From positions 1,240,001-1,304,000 of the forward strand of contig NIVC01000038.1 in assembly GCA_002269645.1 (NCBI GenBank): DNA of 64,000 nucleotides. The letters are read 5' to 3'. Below the pieces are notes generated by a model, which had not been told where the DNA came from, searched no databases, and saw only the letters and a program-made list of their open reading frames with translations. Both the position numbers and the translations under genes were made by a program. Of the stretch, positions 1 to 12,000 are shown in pieces. The first letter of the stretch is position 1. Each line of letters starts with the position of its first letter. Source of the stretch: Macrostomum lignano (taxonomy: Eukaryota).

Positions 1-110
1 CTTTGATAGAAATTCTTCTTTTAGCTTTTGATTCTCGCAAAATTTAAGGTTTTCAATAGCTCGCTATTAGTGGCAGTCTGGTATTTGAAGGGTAGAGAAG
101 AGAAAAGTAA

Positions 111-738
111 AGTAGGGTAGACAGAGTAGGGTAGAGAGATAAAAAAGAGAGTAGGCTAGAGAGTGTAGGCTAGAGAGTTTAGGCTAGAGTAGGGTAGAGA
201 GATTAGGGTAGAGAGAGTAGGGTAGAGAGATTAGGGTAGAGAGAGTAGGGTAGAGAGAGTAGGGTAGAGAGAGTAGGGTAAACAGAGAGTAGGGTAGAGA
301 GATTAGGGTAGAGAGAGTAGGGTAGAGAGATTAGGGTAGAGAGAGTAGGGTAGAGAGTGTAGGCTACAGAGTAGGGTAGAGAGAGTAGGGTAGAGAGAGT
401 AGGGTAGAGAGAGTAGGGTAGAGAGAGTAGGGTAGAGAGTAGGGAGAGAGTAGGGTAGAGAGAGTAGGGTAGAGAGTAGGGAGAGAGTACGGTAGAGAGT
501 AGGGAGAGAGTAGGGTAGAGAGAGTAGGGTAAAGAGATTTGGGTAGAGAGAGTAGGGTAGAGAGAGTAGGGTAGAGAGTAGGGAGAGAGTACGGTAGAGA
601 GTAGGGAGAGAGTAGGGTAGAGAGAGTAGGGTAAAGAGATTTGGGTAGAGAGAGTAGGGTAGAGAGAGTAGGGTAGAGAGTAGGGAGAGAGTAGGGTAGA
701 GAGTAGGGTAGAGAGTAGGGAGAGAGTAGGGTAGAGAG
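111..738. repeat. Purine-rich tandem array, 10-14 bp units (GAGAGTAGGGTA)
   Basis: Direct tandem copies of GAGAGTAGGGTA with variable GA number; occasional GATTAGGG variants. Confidence 0.95.
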
Positions 739-781
739 CAATGAACTAAAAAACAAAAGTAATACTTGTGCATCTCTCGCC

Positions 782-1090
782 ATGCCTCCCCAAACGGTCG
801 CCCCGGTTCCAGCGCCCCAGCAGGCCATCCCGGACCTGGCAGACAGCAGCTGCCTGCTGGATTCTGACGACTCTCTACAGATGATGGACGACGATCCGGA
901 AGGCGAGCTCGGCGAAGTCTGGGGCCACTCGCTGGCCTGGATAGACCAGAGAGGCGATTTCGAACGGCTCATCCGCTGTCCGAACGGCCCGGAAGATCCG
1001 ACGGAGGCTAGCAGGTCGCGGGTTCGAGCCCGGATTTGGCGACCAACCCAAACGGCCACGGGAATGTGGTTTGGCGGAGGGGACGTTTGA
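782..1090 (+). CDS. Possible coding exon/ORF of unknown product (acidic, 102 aa if the ATG is real)
   Basis: GC-rich island after an array; only one plus frame stays open (..LDSDDSLQMMDDDPEGELGEVWG..); candidate acceptors at 812/820/823. No family recognised. A tRNA B-box-like GGTCGCGGGTTCGAGCCC at 1014-1031 offers a non-coding alternative. Confidence 0.3.
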   Translation: MPPQTVAPVPAPQQAIPDLADSSCLLDSDDSLQMMDDDPEGELGEVWGHSLAWIDQRGDFERLIRCPNGPEDPTEASRSRVRARIWRPTQTATGMWFGGGDV

Positions 1091-1373
1091 AGGTCATTCT
1101 TCAAGCAATATCGTCACCTTGTCTGGCGACTTTCTCTTCAGCCGCCTAAAGATATTTTATTTGTGCATAAAAGTTGTTTCAACAGTTTAACAATGAGAGT
1201 TTTGCTCTATAAATTAAAGCAATTGTGTAGTTTTTTAATCCTCTAGGAGGCTGAGTGCATGCTAATGAGCTTGTTTATAATGAGCTATATAAATATAATT
1301 ATCTTTAAATATACAGCAGCAACTACCATAACTTCTACTGTATAATTGCAGTCTCCTATGTCTCCTATCGTCA

Positions 1374-1500
1374 GGTGTACATGCCTGTCGATATTAGACA
1401 GTCGGGGGCGCCGTACACCCTGTGTGAGCGTGTGTACTAATTAGCTGTGAGGCGTGATCTCTGCGCGCGTGTGTGCTCAGCTCAGACACCTCAGGATGGC
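1374..1500 (+). mobile_element. SINE core-domain fragment related to the SINE at 17431-17803
   Basis: GTGTACATGCCT..CGATA..GTACAC.CCTGTGTGAG.GTGTG..TCTGCGCGC.TGT shared with about 17605-17695. Confidence 0.55.
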
Positions 1501-1596
1501 GGCTAAGACTGAGGAGATCCCATTTTTGGTCCGATATTAGTTTTCTTCATTTCATCCTACTTTTACCACCCTGAATAACCCTCTTCTATCATCTGT

Positions 1597-2618
1597 GAAT
1601 CACCCTCTTCCCTCTCTGAGTCACCCTCTCTTCCCTCTCTGAGTCTCTCTCTCTTTCCTCTCTGAGTCTCTCTTTTCCCTCTCTGAGTCTCTCTCTATTC
1701 CCTCTCTGAGTCACCCTCTCTTCCCTCTCTGAGTCTCTCTTTTCCCTCTCTGAGTCTCTCTCTATTCCCTCTCTGAGTCACCCTCTCTTCCCTCTCTGAG
1801 TCTCTCTTTTCCCTCTCTGAGTCTCTCTCTATTCCCTCTCTGAGTCACCCTCTCTTCCCTCTCTGAGTCTCTCTTTTCCCTCTCTGAGTCACCCTCTTCC
1901 CTCTCTGAGTCTCTCTTTTCCCTCTCCGAGTCACCCTCTTCCCTCTCTGAGTCTCTCTTTTCCCTCTCCGAGTCACCCTCTTCCCTCTCTGAGTCTCTCT
2001 TTTCCCTCTCTGAGTCACCCTCTTCCCCCTCTGAGTCTCTCTCTTTCCCTCTCTGAGTCTCTCTTTTCCCTCTCCGAGTCACCCTCTTCCCTCTCTGAGT
2101 CTCTCTTTTCCCTCTCTGTGTTACCCTCTCTTCCCTCTGAGTCACCCTCTCTGAGTCACCCTCTCTGAGTCACCCTCTCTTCCCTCTCTGAGTCACCCTC
2201 TTCCCTCTCTGAGTCTCTCTTTTCCCTCTCTGAGTCTCTCTCTTTTCCCACTCCGAGTCACCCTCTTTTCCCTCTCTGAGCCACCCCCTTCCCTCTCTGA
2301 GTCACCCTCTTTCCCTCTCTGAGTCTCTCTTTTCCCTCTCTGTGTTACCCTCTCTTCCCTCTGAGTCACCCTCTCTTCCCTCTCTGAGTCACCCTCTCTT
2401 CCCTCTCTGAGTCTCTCTTTTCCCTCTCTGAGTCTCTCTTTTCCCTCTCTGAGTCTCTCTCTTTTCCCACTCCGAGTCACCCTCTTTTCCCTCTCTGAGC
2501 CACCCCCTTCCCTCTCTGAGCCACCCCCTTCCCTCTCTGAGTCTCTCTCTATTCCCTCTCTGAGTCTCTCTCTATTCTCTCTCTTTTCTCTCTCTGAGTC
2601 ACCATCTCTTCCCTCTCT
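1597..2618. repeat. Pyrimidine-rich tandem array, mixed 21/23/25 bp units (CCCTCTCTGAGTCACCCTCTCTT)
   Basis: Alternating CCCTCTCTGAGTCACCCTC(TC)TT and CCCTCTCTGAGTCTCTCTTTT units. Confidence 0.95.
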
Positions 2619-3219
2619 AAATTACCTGTCTTTCCTTCTTTCAATATCTCAGCATTCACTGCTAAGAATGGTGTCTCATTCAACAGGATATAACCGTGGG
2701 CTACTTATCACAGCAGGGAAGCAGCCATTCCTAACTAAGCACACCTCAAATCTCACCTCGATGCTGTCCTAGGAGCAGTGGAATTCTTTCTATTATAATA
2801 TACTTTTTTATTGAGTTTTTTTTGTTTGGGCCAAGAAGTTGAAACTATACTCTCCTCTATACTTCTCAAGTCTCAAGTCTCAAGGGACACGAAATTATGA
2901 TCCCACCTGAAGCTACGAGTAATAAACAACTCAAGTGGATAATTGATGACTGGAGGCTTGATAAACTATTCACAATGCGATAAGAGTTGACAAAAACTTT
3001 ATGCGCGTTGAGGAATGAAAAAAATTCATTCTTTTTTTGTTTAAAACTCAACGGGGAATCCTGAATGGAGTGTGGAAATATGGGATAATGTAAGGACCTG
3101 TTGATGGGAGGCGGAGCTGCTTAAAGACACGTTTCTTAACTTGATATGAAGATTCTACATGCACCATTATGGCTAAAAATGGTGCGCCAGAGATAACGGA
3201 TGTAGCACCTTGATGTCTG

Positions 3220-4125
3220 GAATTAGCGCCTTGAAATAACCGGAAAAGGCGCCATAAAATGACCGCAAACGGCAGCTCAAAGTAACCCGAAATGGCGCCT
3301 GAAATTGTTTTGAACTAGCGCCTTAAAAAAGCCGGAAATGGCGCCTCAAAAAACCGGAAATGACGCATCAAAATAACCGTAAATGGCGCCTAAGGATAAC
3401 CGTAAATGGCGCTTTAAAATAACCGGAAATGGCGCCTCAAAATAACCGGAAATGGCGCCTCAGAATAACCGAAAATGGCGCCTCAAAATAACCGGATATG
3501 GCGCCTCAAAATAATCGGAAATTGTGCCTCAAAATAACCGGATATGGCGCCTCAAAATAATCGGAAATGGCGCCTAAGGATAACCGAAAATGGCGCCTCA
3601 ATATATTCGGAAATGGCGCCTAACGATAACCGGAAAGGGCGCCTTACGCTAACCGTAAGTGGCGCCTAAGAATAACCGGAAATGGCGCCTTAGGATAACC
3701 GGAAATGGCACCTTAGGATAGCCGGAAATGGCGCCTTAGGATAACCGGAAATGGCGCCTTAGGATAACCGGAAATGGCGCCTCAAAATAACCGGAAATGG
3801 CGCCTCAGAATAATCGGAAATGGCACCTAAGGATAACCGGAAATGGCGCCTCAAAATAACCGGAAATGGCGCCTCAGAATAATCGGAAATGGCGCCTAAG
3901 GATAACCGGAAATGGCGCCTAAAAATAATCGGAAATGGCGTCTCAAAATAACCGTAAATGGCGCCTAAGGATAACCGGAAATGGCGCCTTAGGATAACCG
4001 GAAATGGCGCCTTAGGATAACCAGAAATGGCGCCTAAGGATAACCGGAAATGGTGCCTCGCGATAACCGGAAATGGCACCACAAGATTACCGGAAATCGG
4101 AACTCAAAGTAACCGTAAATGACGC
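3220..4125. repeat. 23 bp minisatellite (AACCGGAAATGGCGCCTCAAAAT)
   Basis: Period 23 read directly; degenerate at both edges. Confidence 0.95.
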
Positions 4126-4595
4126 CTTTGTTTTGTTTAGATAAAATAATTAAATCAAAAATACTTTGACGTTTGTGATAATTATCAATGAAGTAGTTTA
4201 GTAAATTCGTCACAGATATTTACAAACTCCAATATTCCATAATTATTAACAAGACACACTGCCGTATCAGTGGTACACACAGGAAACTAATTAACTAGAA
4301 CTCATTTTTTCTGACCAGACAGACTTAACAAAAAACAGCGAAATCTGCTTTTATCAATGTTGTTTTTTTAATTTACAATTTTTCCTTAGTGAGGCGAGGC
4401 GAGGCGAGGTGAGGTGGCTACACACAGACATATGGAAATAAAATCCGTATGATTTGCATTCGAAAAGTACATGCAAGGCTTCTTAATTTAGCAAAAAAAG
4501 AAATTAAATTGTTCAAAAGTTAAGTCTTCCGCCCGTCCCTCGGATTTTGTTTGTTCACATTTCTATCGAAATTCGTAAATCCAGATATCGAACAC

Positions 4596-5505
4596 CAAGA
4601 TCCTGAACTGGAATCCCAAGATCCTGAACTGGAATCCCAAGATCCTGAACTGGAATCCCAAGATCCTGAACTGGAATCCCAAGATCCTGAACTGGAATCC
4701 CAAGATCCTGAACTGGAATCCCAAGATCCTAAACTGGAATCCCAAGATCCTGAACTGGAATCCCAAGATCCTAAACTGGAATCCCAAGATCCTGAACTGG
4801 AATCCCAAGATCCTGAACTGGAATCCCGAGATCCTAAACTGGAATCCCAAGATCCTGAACTGGAATCCCAAGATCCTGAACTGGAATCCCAAGATCCTGA
4901 ACTGGAATCCCAAGATCCTGAACTGGAATCCCAAGATCCTAAACTGGAATCCCAAGATCCTGAACTGGAATCCCAAGATCCTAAACTGGAATCCCAAGAT
5001 CCTGAACTGGAATCCCAAGATCCTGAACTGGAATCCCAAGATCCTAAACTGGAATCCCAAGATCCTGAACTGGAATCCCAAGATCCTGAACTGGAATCCC
5101 AAGATCCTAAACTGGAATCCCAAGATCCTGAACTGGAATCCCAAGATCCTGAACTGGAATCCCAAGATCCTAAACTGGAATCCCAAGATCCTGAACTGGA
5201 ATCCCAAGATCCTGAACTGGAATCCCAAGATCCTGAACTGGAATCCCAAGATCCTGAACTAGAACCCCAAGATCCCAATTTCGAACCCCAAGATCCCGAA
5301 TTAGAACCCCAAGATCCCGATTTCGAATCCCAAGATCCCGATTTCGAATCCCAAGATCTCGAATTAGAACCCCCAAGATCCCGAATTAAACCCCAAGATC
5401 CCGAATTAAACTTCAAGATCCCGAATTAGAACCAAAAGATCCCGAATTAGAACCCCAAGATCCCAAATTAGAACCCCAAGATCCCGAACCGAAACCCCAA
5501 GACCT
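4596..5505. repeat. 21 bp minisatellite (CAAGATCCTGAACTGGAATCC)
   Basis: Homogeneous left part with a G/A variant (CTGAAC/CTAAAC), degenerating to CAAGATCCCGAATTAGAACCC on the right. Confidence 0.97.
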
Positions 5506-6054
5506 AAAATTACGATTATATATTTTTAAATTTAGCAAATTTCTCTCCACTCGCTACTATAAGTAACGTACACAGCCACGCCAACTGACTAAAAATGCGA
5601 AATAAATAATAATATTTAATAATAAATTGATCAAATGACCACCAAAGATTAGAGAAGTAATCAGATAAGCATCAGAAGGCCACAATAAAGGTATACAAAT
5701 AATTGTTTATTCAATTAGAAAGCATTAAAAGTTCTGCAAACCGAAGCATAGGGTTTACTTGTGTTTTCAATATTAATAAAAGCAAAGCATAACTCAGACA
5801 AGGGCTCAGGAGACTGATTTTAGGGCAATTTTATTTATTTTTGGCACAACCAGCTCTTCATAGAACAATTTTTACACCAATTAAAATATTTCATCATAGA
5901 TGCTCTTTGTACACTACTTAACCCAGCTAGTCAGTAGGCAATTTAGCAAAACACTGTCAAAAGGTTTATTCTTCAAAAAATGGCAACAGAAGACATTTGA
6001 AGGAGAAAAAATTCAGATTGCATTTTTTGTTGGTTCACACGCGACCTGGCAGCC

Positions 6055-9000
6055 TCACAGGCCCCAATTGAAGCCGCCAGGGCGCTCTTCTTCTGGAAGA
6101 GGCTGATAATTGGGATCTTGCTGGCCTGGGGGCGCGTCGAACAGCGTTTTGCTGTGGGAGACCAGGGTGGGCAAAAGTGAATTTTTTGCTTACCGACTTA
6201 ACTGAGGAGTGTGACCCATGCTGTCACCGTGACTGTGACCCATGCTGTCACCGTGACTGTGACCCATGCTGTCACCGTGACTGTGACCCATGCTGTCACC
6301 GTGACTGTGACCCATGCTGTCACCGTGACTGTGACCCATGCTGTCACCGTGACTGTGACCCATGCTGTCACCGTGACTGTGACCCATGCTGTCACCGTGA
6401 CTGTGACCCATGCTGTCACCGTGACTGTGACCCATGCTGTCACCGTGACTGTGACCCATGCTGTCACCGTGACTGTGACCCATGCTGTAACTGTGACCCA
6501 TGCTGTAACTGTGGTTGTGACCCATGCTGTAACTGTGACCCATGCTGTCACCGTGACTGTGACCCATGCTGTAACTGTGGCTGTGACCCATGCTGTAACT
6601 GTGACCCATGCTGTCACCGTGACTGTGACCCATGCTGTAACTGTGGCTGTGACCCATGCTGTCACCGTGACTGTGACCCATGCTGTAACTGTGGCTGTGA
6701 CCCATGCTGTCACCGTGACTGTGACCCATGCTGTCACCGTGACTGTGACCCATGCTGTAACTGTGACCCATGCTGTAACTGTGGTTGTGACCCATGCTGT
6801 AACTGTGACCCATGCTGTCACCGTGACTGTGACCCATGCTGTAACTGTGGCTGTGACCCATGCTGTAACTGTGACCCATGCTGTCACCGTGACTGTGACC
6901 CATGCTGTAACTGTGGCTGTGACCCATGCTGTCACCGTGACTGTGACCCATGCTGTAACTGTGGCTGTGACCCATGCTGTAACTGTGACCCATGCTGTAA
7001 CTGTGACCCATGCTGTCACCGTGACTGTGACCCATGCTGTAACTGTGGCTGTGACCCATGCTGTAACTGTGACCCATGCTGTCACCGTGACTGTGACCCA
7101 TGCTGTAACTGTGGCTGTGACCCATGCTGTAACTGTGACCCATGCTGTCACCGTGACTGTGACCCATGCTGTAACTGTGGCTGTGACCCATGCTGTCACC
7201 GTGACTGTGACCCATGCTGTAACTGTGGCTGTGACCCATGCTGTCACCGTGACTGTGACCCATGCTGTCACCGTGACTGTGACCCATGCTGTAACTGTGA
7301 CCCATGCTGTAACTGTGGTTGTGACCCATGCTGTAACTGTGACCCATGCTGTCACCGTGACTGTGACCCATGCTGTAACTGTGACCCATGCTGTAACTGT
7401 GACCCATGCTGTAACTGTGACCCATGCTGTAACTGTGACCCATGCTGTAACTGTGGCTGTGACCCATGCTGTAACTGTGACCCATGCTGTAACTGTGGCT
7501 GTGACCCATGCTGTAACTGTGACTGTGACCCATGCTGTAACTGTGACCCATGCTGTAACTGTGGCTGTGACCCATGCTGTAACTGTGACTGTGACCCATG
7601 CTGTAACTGTGACCCATGCTGTAACTGTGACTGTGACCCATGCTGTAACTGTGACCCATGCTGTAACTGTGACTGTGACCCATGCTGTAACTGTGGCTGT
7701 GACCCATGCTGTAACTGGGACCCATGCTGTAACTGTGACCCATGCTGTAACTGTGGCTGTGACCCATGCTGTAACTGTGACCCATGCTGTAACTGTGGCT
7801 GTGACCCATGCTGTAACTGTGACCCATGCTGTAACTGTGACCCATGCTGTAACTGTGGCTGTGACCCATGCTGTAACTGTGACCCATGCTGTAACTGTGG
7901 CTGTGACCCATGCTGTAACTGTGACCCATGCTGTAACTGTGGCTGTGACCCATGCTGTAACTGTGACCCATGCTGTAACTGTGGCTGTGACCCATGCTGT
8001 AACTGTGACCCATGCTGTAACTGTGGCTGTGACCCATGCTGTCACTGTGACTGGGACCGAGTATTTACTAATCATTAAGGGCAGTGACTCACAGGAATTG
8101 AGGAGTCCGCAGCACGCGAAAGCCGTTACGCTGTCTTGGGAAAACATCTTCAAGAAAATAATACACGTGACCTGCTGCGATGCCTGCAATAATAATAAGA
8201 AACATATTGATTTGCTGCTGTGTGATCTATTAATTTAGGATTGGGATCTATAGGTTTTAGTATTAGGATCTACAGATTTTAGTATTGTGGTCTATAGACT
8301 AATGATTAGTATCTATAGATTGAGGATTAGGATCTATAGATTTAGGATTAGGATCTATAGATTTAGGATTAGGATCTATAGATTTAGGATTAGGATCTAT
8401 AGATTTAGGATTAGGATCTATAGATTTATGATTGCGATCTGTAGATTTAGTATCTGGGTATCTGTAGATTTTAGTATTGGGATCTATAGATTAATAAATA
8501 CGAGTTTCTAGTGAATAAAACTTGTGGGAAAAGGTCTAAATTATGACAGACTCACCCATAGCGTCAACAATAATAACGTTTCCCAGTAGGAACGAAAAAG
8601 CCATCAGCACCCAAGGCAAGTAGGGAGCTTGAAAAGTGAGCAAACCAAAGAAATTCATCCTGATAAATGGATTCCTTCGACTCCAAACGTAGACAATCAT
8701 GATTGTGAAAGCCTGGCTAAGGAATACCATATTCACGAATAGGCCTGCGAGCTGAAATTAAAAAAGAAAATGATAAAACGGCCCTTTTCAGTTCTGCTAC
8801 TTGCTATACACAATTAAAATTAAGAGAAAATAACATAACAATCTAAACCTATGACTATTGAACACAAACGTAAAACAAATATTGAATTTCGCAATTTAAT
8901 AAATATTTCTGCTATCTAGTCTAGGGTGTTAATAAAATATTTTCGTAAAACGACCCTTTTAAGGGCCACCACTACTTATCTACAAATTTTAATGAAATCA

Positions 9001-12000
9001 ACTAATATTGATAATCGAGATGCAGAGTCGACTTATTAAAAACACTTTTACAATAATGTTTACAAAAACGGCTCTTTTTAGGGCCGCTGCACTCAGATGA
9101 TCACTCACCGTCATGAAGCAACCACCAAAGATGAACATGAGCGCAAAATCGCTGGTTCGGCCTCGGAACGAGTTTTCTTCAAGCATGCGACAGTACCGAT
9201 AATTGAACACCATATTAAAGAAGAAATTGAATCCAAATGTGCCAAAGAAGCAGAAGTTTGTAATTAAACGCCAAAGCTGAAAATTTACGGAAGACAAGAT
9301 TTAGGCATTAAAAACTTTCAAAACAATCAACCAAGATGAGATAATTTAAAATGATAAAATACGACTTACCTGTAGGTTCTTGAATATCAATGTTGGATGG
9401 AAGTACAGTTGAAATGGACTGACAATGTCCAATTGCTAAAAAAATGCAAAGAAAAGTACATTTATAAAGAAATCAATTCAAAAAAGATTTTAATCTACAA
9501 TTATATTATGTCTATATAAATTTCAATTCATTAATAACATTCTTTAAAGCATGTTGAACAACTTAAATCATTAAGAATTTTTTGATAGCAATTTTAAAAA
9601 CTATTCGATTTTATATCAATGCTGCCACATCAATATTATTCATAATCTACGACGTACCATTCCAGATTGCAGACTACAAAATTTGAGGGCCACATTGACC
9701 GACGACTATACTCTACAGTTGTTAGAGCGCCAAGAGGCCGTTCTCCCTACGTCAACCAAGATTAACCAAGACCCACTAAAACACTAGTTATGGCAAGCTT
9801 GTTTTACAAAAACCCACCATTCTGGGTAGTTCAAGGCACAGAAACTAACAATAGAGAATGCTATACAATATCTGTAAGGAGAATTGCGAAACCGTCACCA
9901 GCGCCTACACAGCAATTGGCAAAAGTGTTGGTGAACTTATCATCCCACAACACACGACACACAAAACCTCAGCTGCTACAGGCGGAACTATTTAAGGGCC
10001 CGTTTGATAACAAGGAGGCTGCATCTCGCACTATGCAGTTTTGTCAATTGCCAGACAAAACTTATTGCATTGACTTGGATTGCAATAGTTGCAGCGTGCT
10101 GCACCGAAAGATGGCCATTGTCGAGGAGCAGATGGACAGGCTCAAAAACGAGCTTCAAAGTGCCAAAGTGGCAGCATCTGAAAGGCACAACTTGCTACTG
10201 AAGGAGGTGGATGTGCACAAGTCAACACAGAGGCACTTGGAGGTGGCTAATGCTGAGATAGATGACCTGCACCAAGAAATTGGTCATCTCAGAACAACTG
10301 GCGAATCATCCAAATTTCAATCCAATGTTATTTGGATTATGCAAGACTTTGCCACTCAAAGCCTTGCAACAAGCCAAATCCCAGCTTCTTCTTCTTCTTC
10401 TTTTTCAAGGCACCTCTGTGTGCGCACTAGCCAATCTGGAGGGGGGCAGAGGCCCCATGCTGCGAATGAGCTTTGGTAGCTCCTGCTATTTACGCTTCCC
10501 CATCGACCGAGGTCATATCCAAGATTCTGGGAGAAGTCTAATGAGTGCCACTTCTGGTGTCTGCCCCAAATGTGACTATTACAAGAGAGCAGAAGGCAGC
10601 TATTGAGCATGCAGTCACTGAACTCTGTTGTGAGCCAGGTGACAAGCAGTTGCGAAAGCTCACCAGACTCCTCATTCGTTTCCTTTTTTGACCTCAGAAT
10701 TGTGTGTGACTACCGTGTCTGGCATGGCCAAGAAGCAGCAAATTTGTATGCCAGCAAATTGTCATATTGTGAGGACAATTACTCAGTTCCTCACAGCTGC
10801 TTCTCCTAATCCTCTACCAGATGGTCTTTTCCGCAATTCATTCAAATATTGCTCATTGGATGCCCTCCAAAAAAAGAAAAGGATCAATTCTAGTATGCTA
10901 AGAAGTGGCAGGACCGATCAATCCTTTTCAACTGACAAGACGAGTGTGCTAAGTGGTGGCGAGACCGATCAGTCTTCCTCAACCGAGACGAGTGCGCTAA
11001 GAAGCGGTGGGACTGATCAGTCCTCCTCAACTGAGACGAGTGCGCTAAGAAGCGGCGGGACTGATCAGTCCTCCTCAACTGAGACAAGTGTGCTAAAAAG
11101 CGGCAGGACTGATCAGTCCTCCTCAACTGACGAGACGAATGCAATAAGTGGCGGCAGGACAATAAAAAAGGGAGAAGCAAACAAAGCAGCAACCTTTTCA
11201 GAGCTCAAAGAGATCAAAGAGAAATGTTTGCAAAACCTAGACAGTTTTTTTTGTAATATTCCCCCAGTTAGTATACTCGTATGCTGCTGCTAATAAGCAT
11301 TACGGCTATTTGTTTTCAACTAATTGCAACTGTGTCAAACATGTGCCAGGATTAGTATATGGGAATCAAAATATTTTTTTTAATTGTTAAATGAATTGCT
11401 GTTCCATTGTTGAAACTGTTTAAATTCAACTAGATTACCTTTGCCTTACATTTTTTGCTCCATGTTAACTTTTGTTTGAATTTAATTTAGATGACATTGT
11501 TGTTCTTTCTTTTTATCAATACTCACACTGCATTTACTATGTATAGTGTGCTTTTGGTAATCTTTTTATGTTTTTTCACTGTTACATTAAGTTGTTATAT
11601 TGCAATCTCATACTGCTGTTTCCTTCTTTTTTCACTACTAACAAACTACTAGCCAATCAGCATCTTTTGCATTTACAGTGTTATAAATATACACCTAACA
11701 AACTATTTCTCCCATTTTGTTACCCAGATCCACTACCAAACTCAAAACTCTTAAGAGAATTTTACCTTAACTTCTATTTGCTTTTAATCAGAAGTGAATA
11801 ATTATTACAATGGGAAATTGTCAGCCTAAGCAATTTTCTTACAATAGGCAAATTAAACCATCAATGGCAACTTTTGGTAACTTTTAGGAGCTTCTCACCA
11901 GAAGTGAATGGAAACATCAATGGCAACTTTTGGGAACTCCTTATTATCCCTATACATGTAAAATTGAAATGGTAACTTTTGGTAACTTTTCTGCAAAAGT

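Noticed and set aside
111-738. Interstitial telomeric repeat
   Set aside because: TTAGGG appears only a few times as a variant; no tandem (TTAGGG)n run.
975-1045. tRNA gene
   Set aside because: B-box-like motif present but I could not build acceptor, D and anticodon stems.
4551-5429. 292 aa (QDPELES)n ORF with an ATG
   Set aside because: 21 bp array open in several frames on both strands; no unique coding sequence or splice support.
6177-8078. 633 aa Cys-rich ORF resembling a giant metallothionein
   Set aside because: It is the 18/24 bp array read antisense inside Derlin intron 5; several frames are open simply because the unit lacks stops.
10680-10692. Programmed -1 frameshift joining the BEN halves
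   Set aside because: CCTTTTTTG is not a canonical X XXY YYZ site in the required frame and other stops lie upstream; decay or an indel error is simpler.
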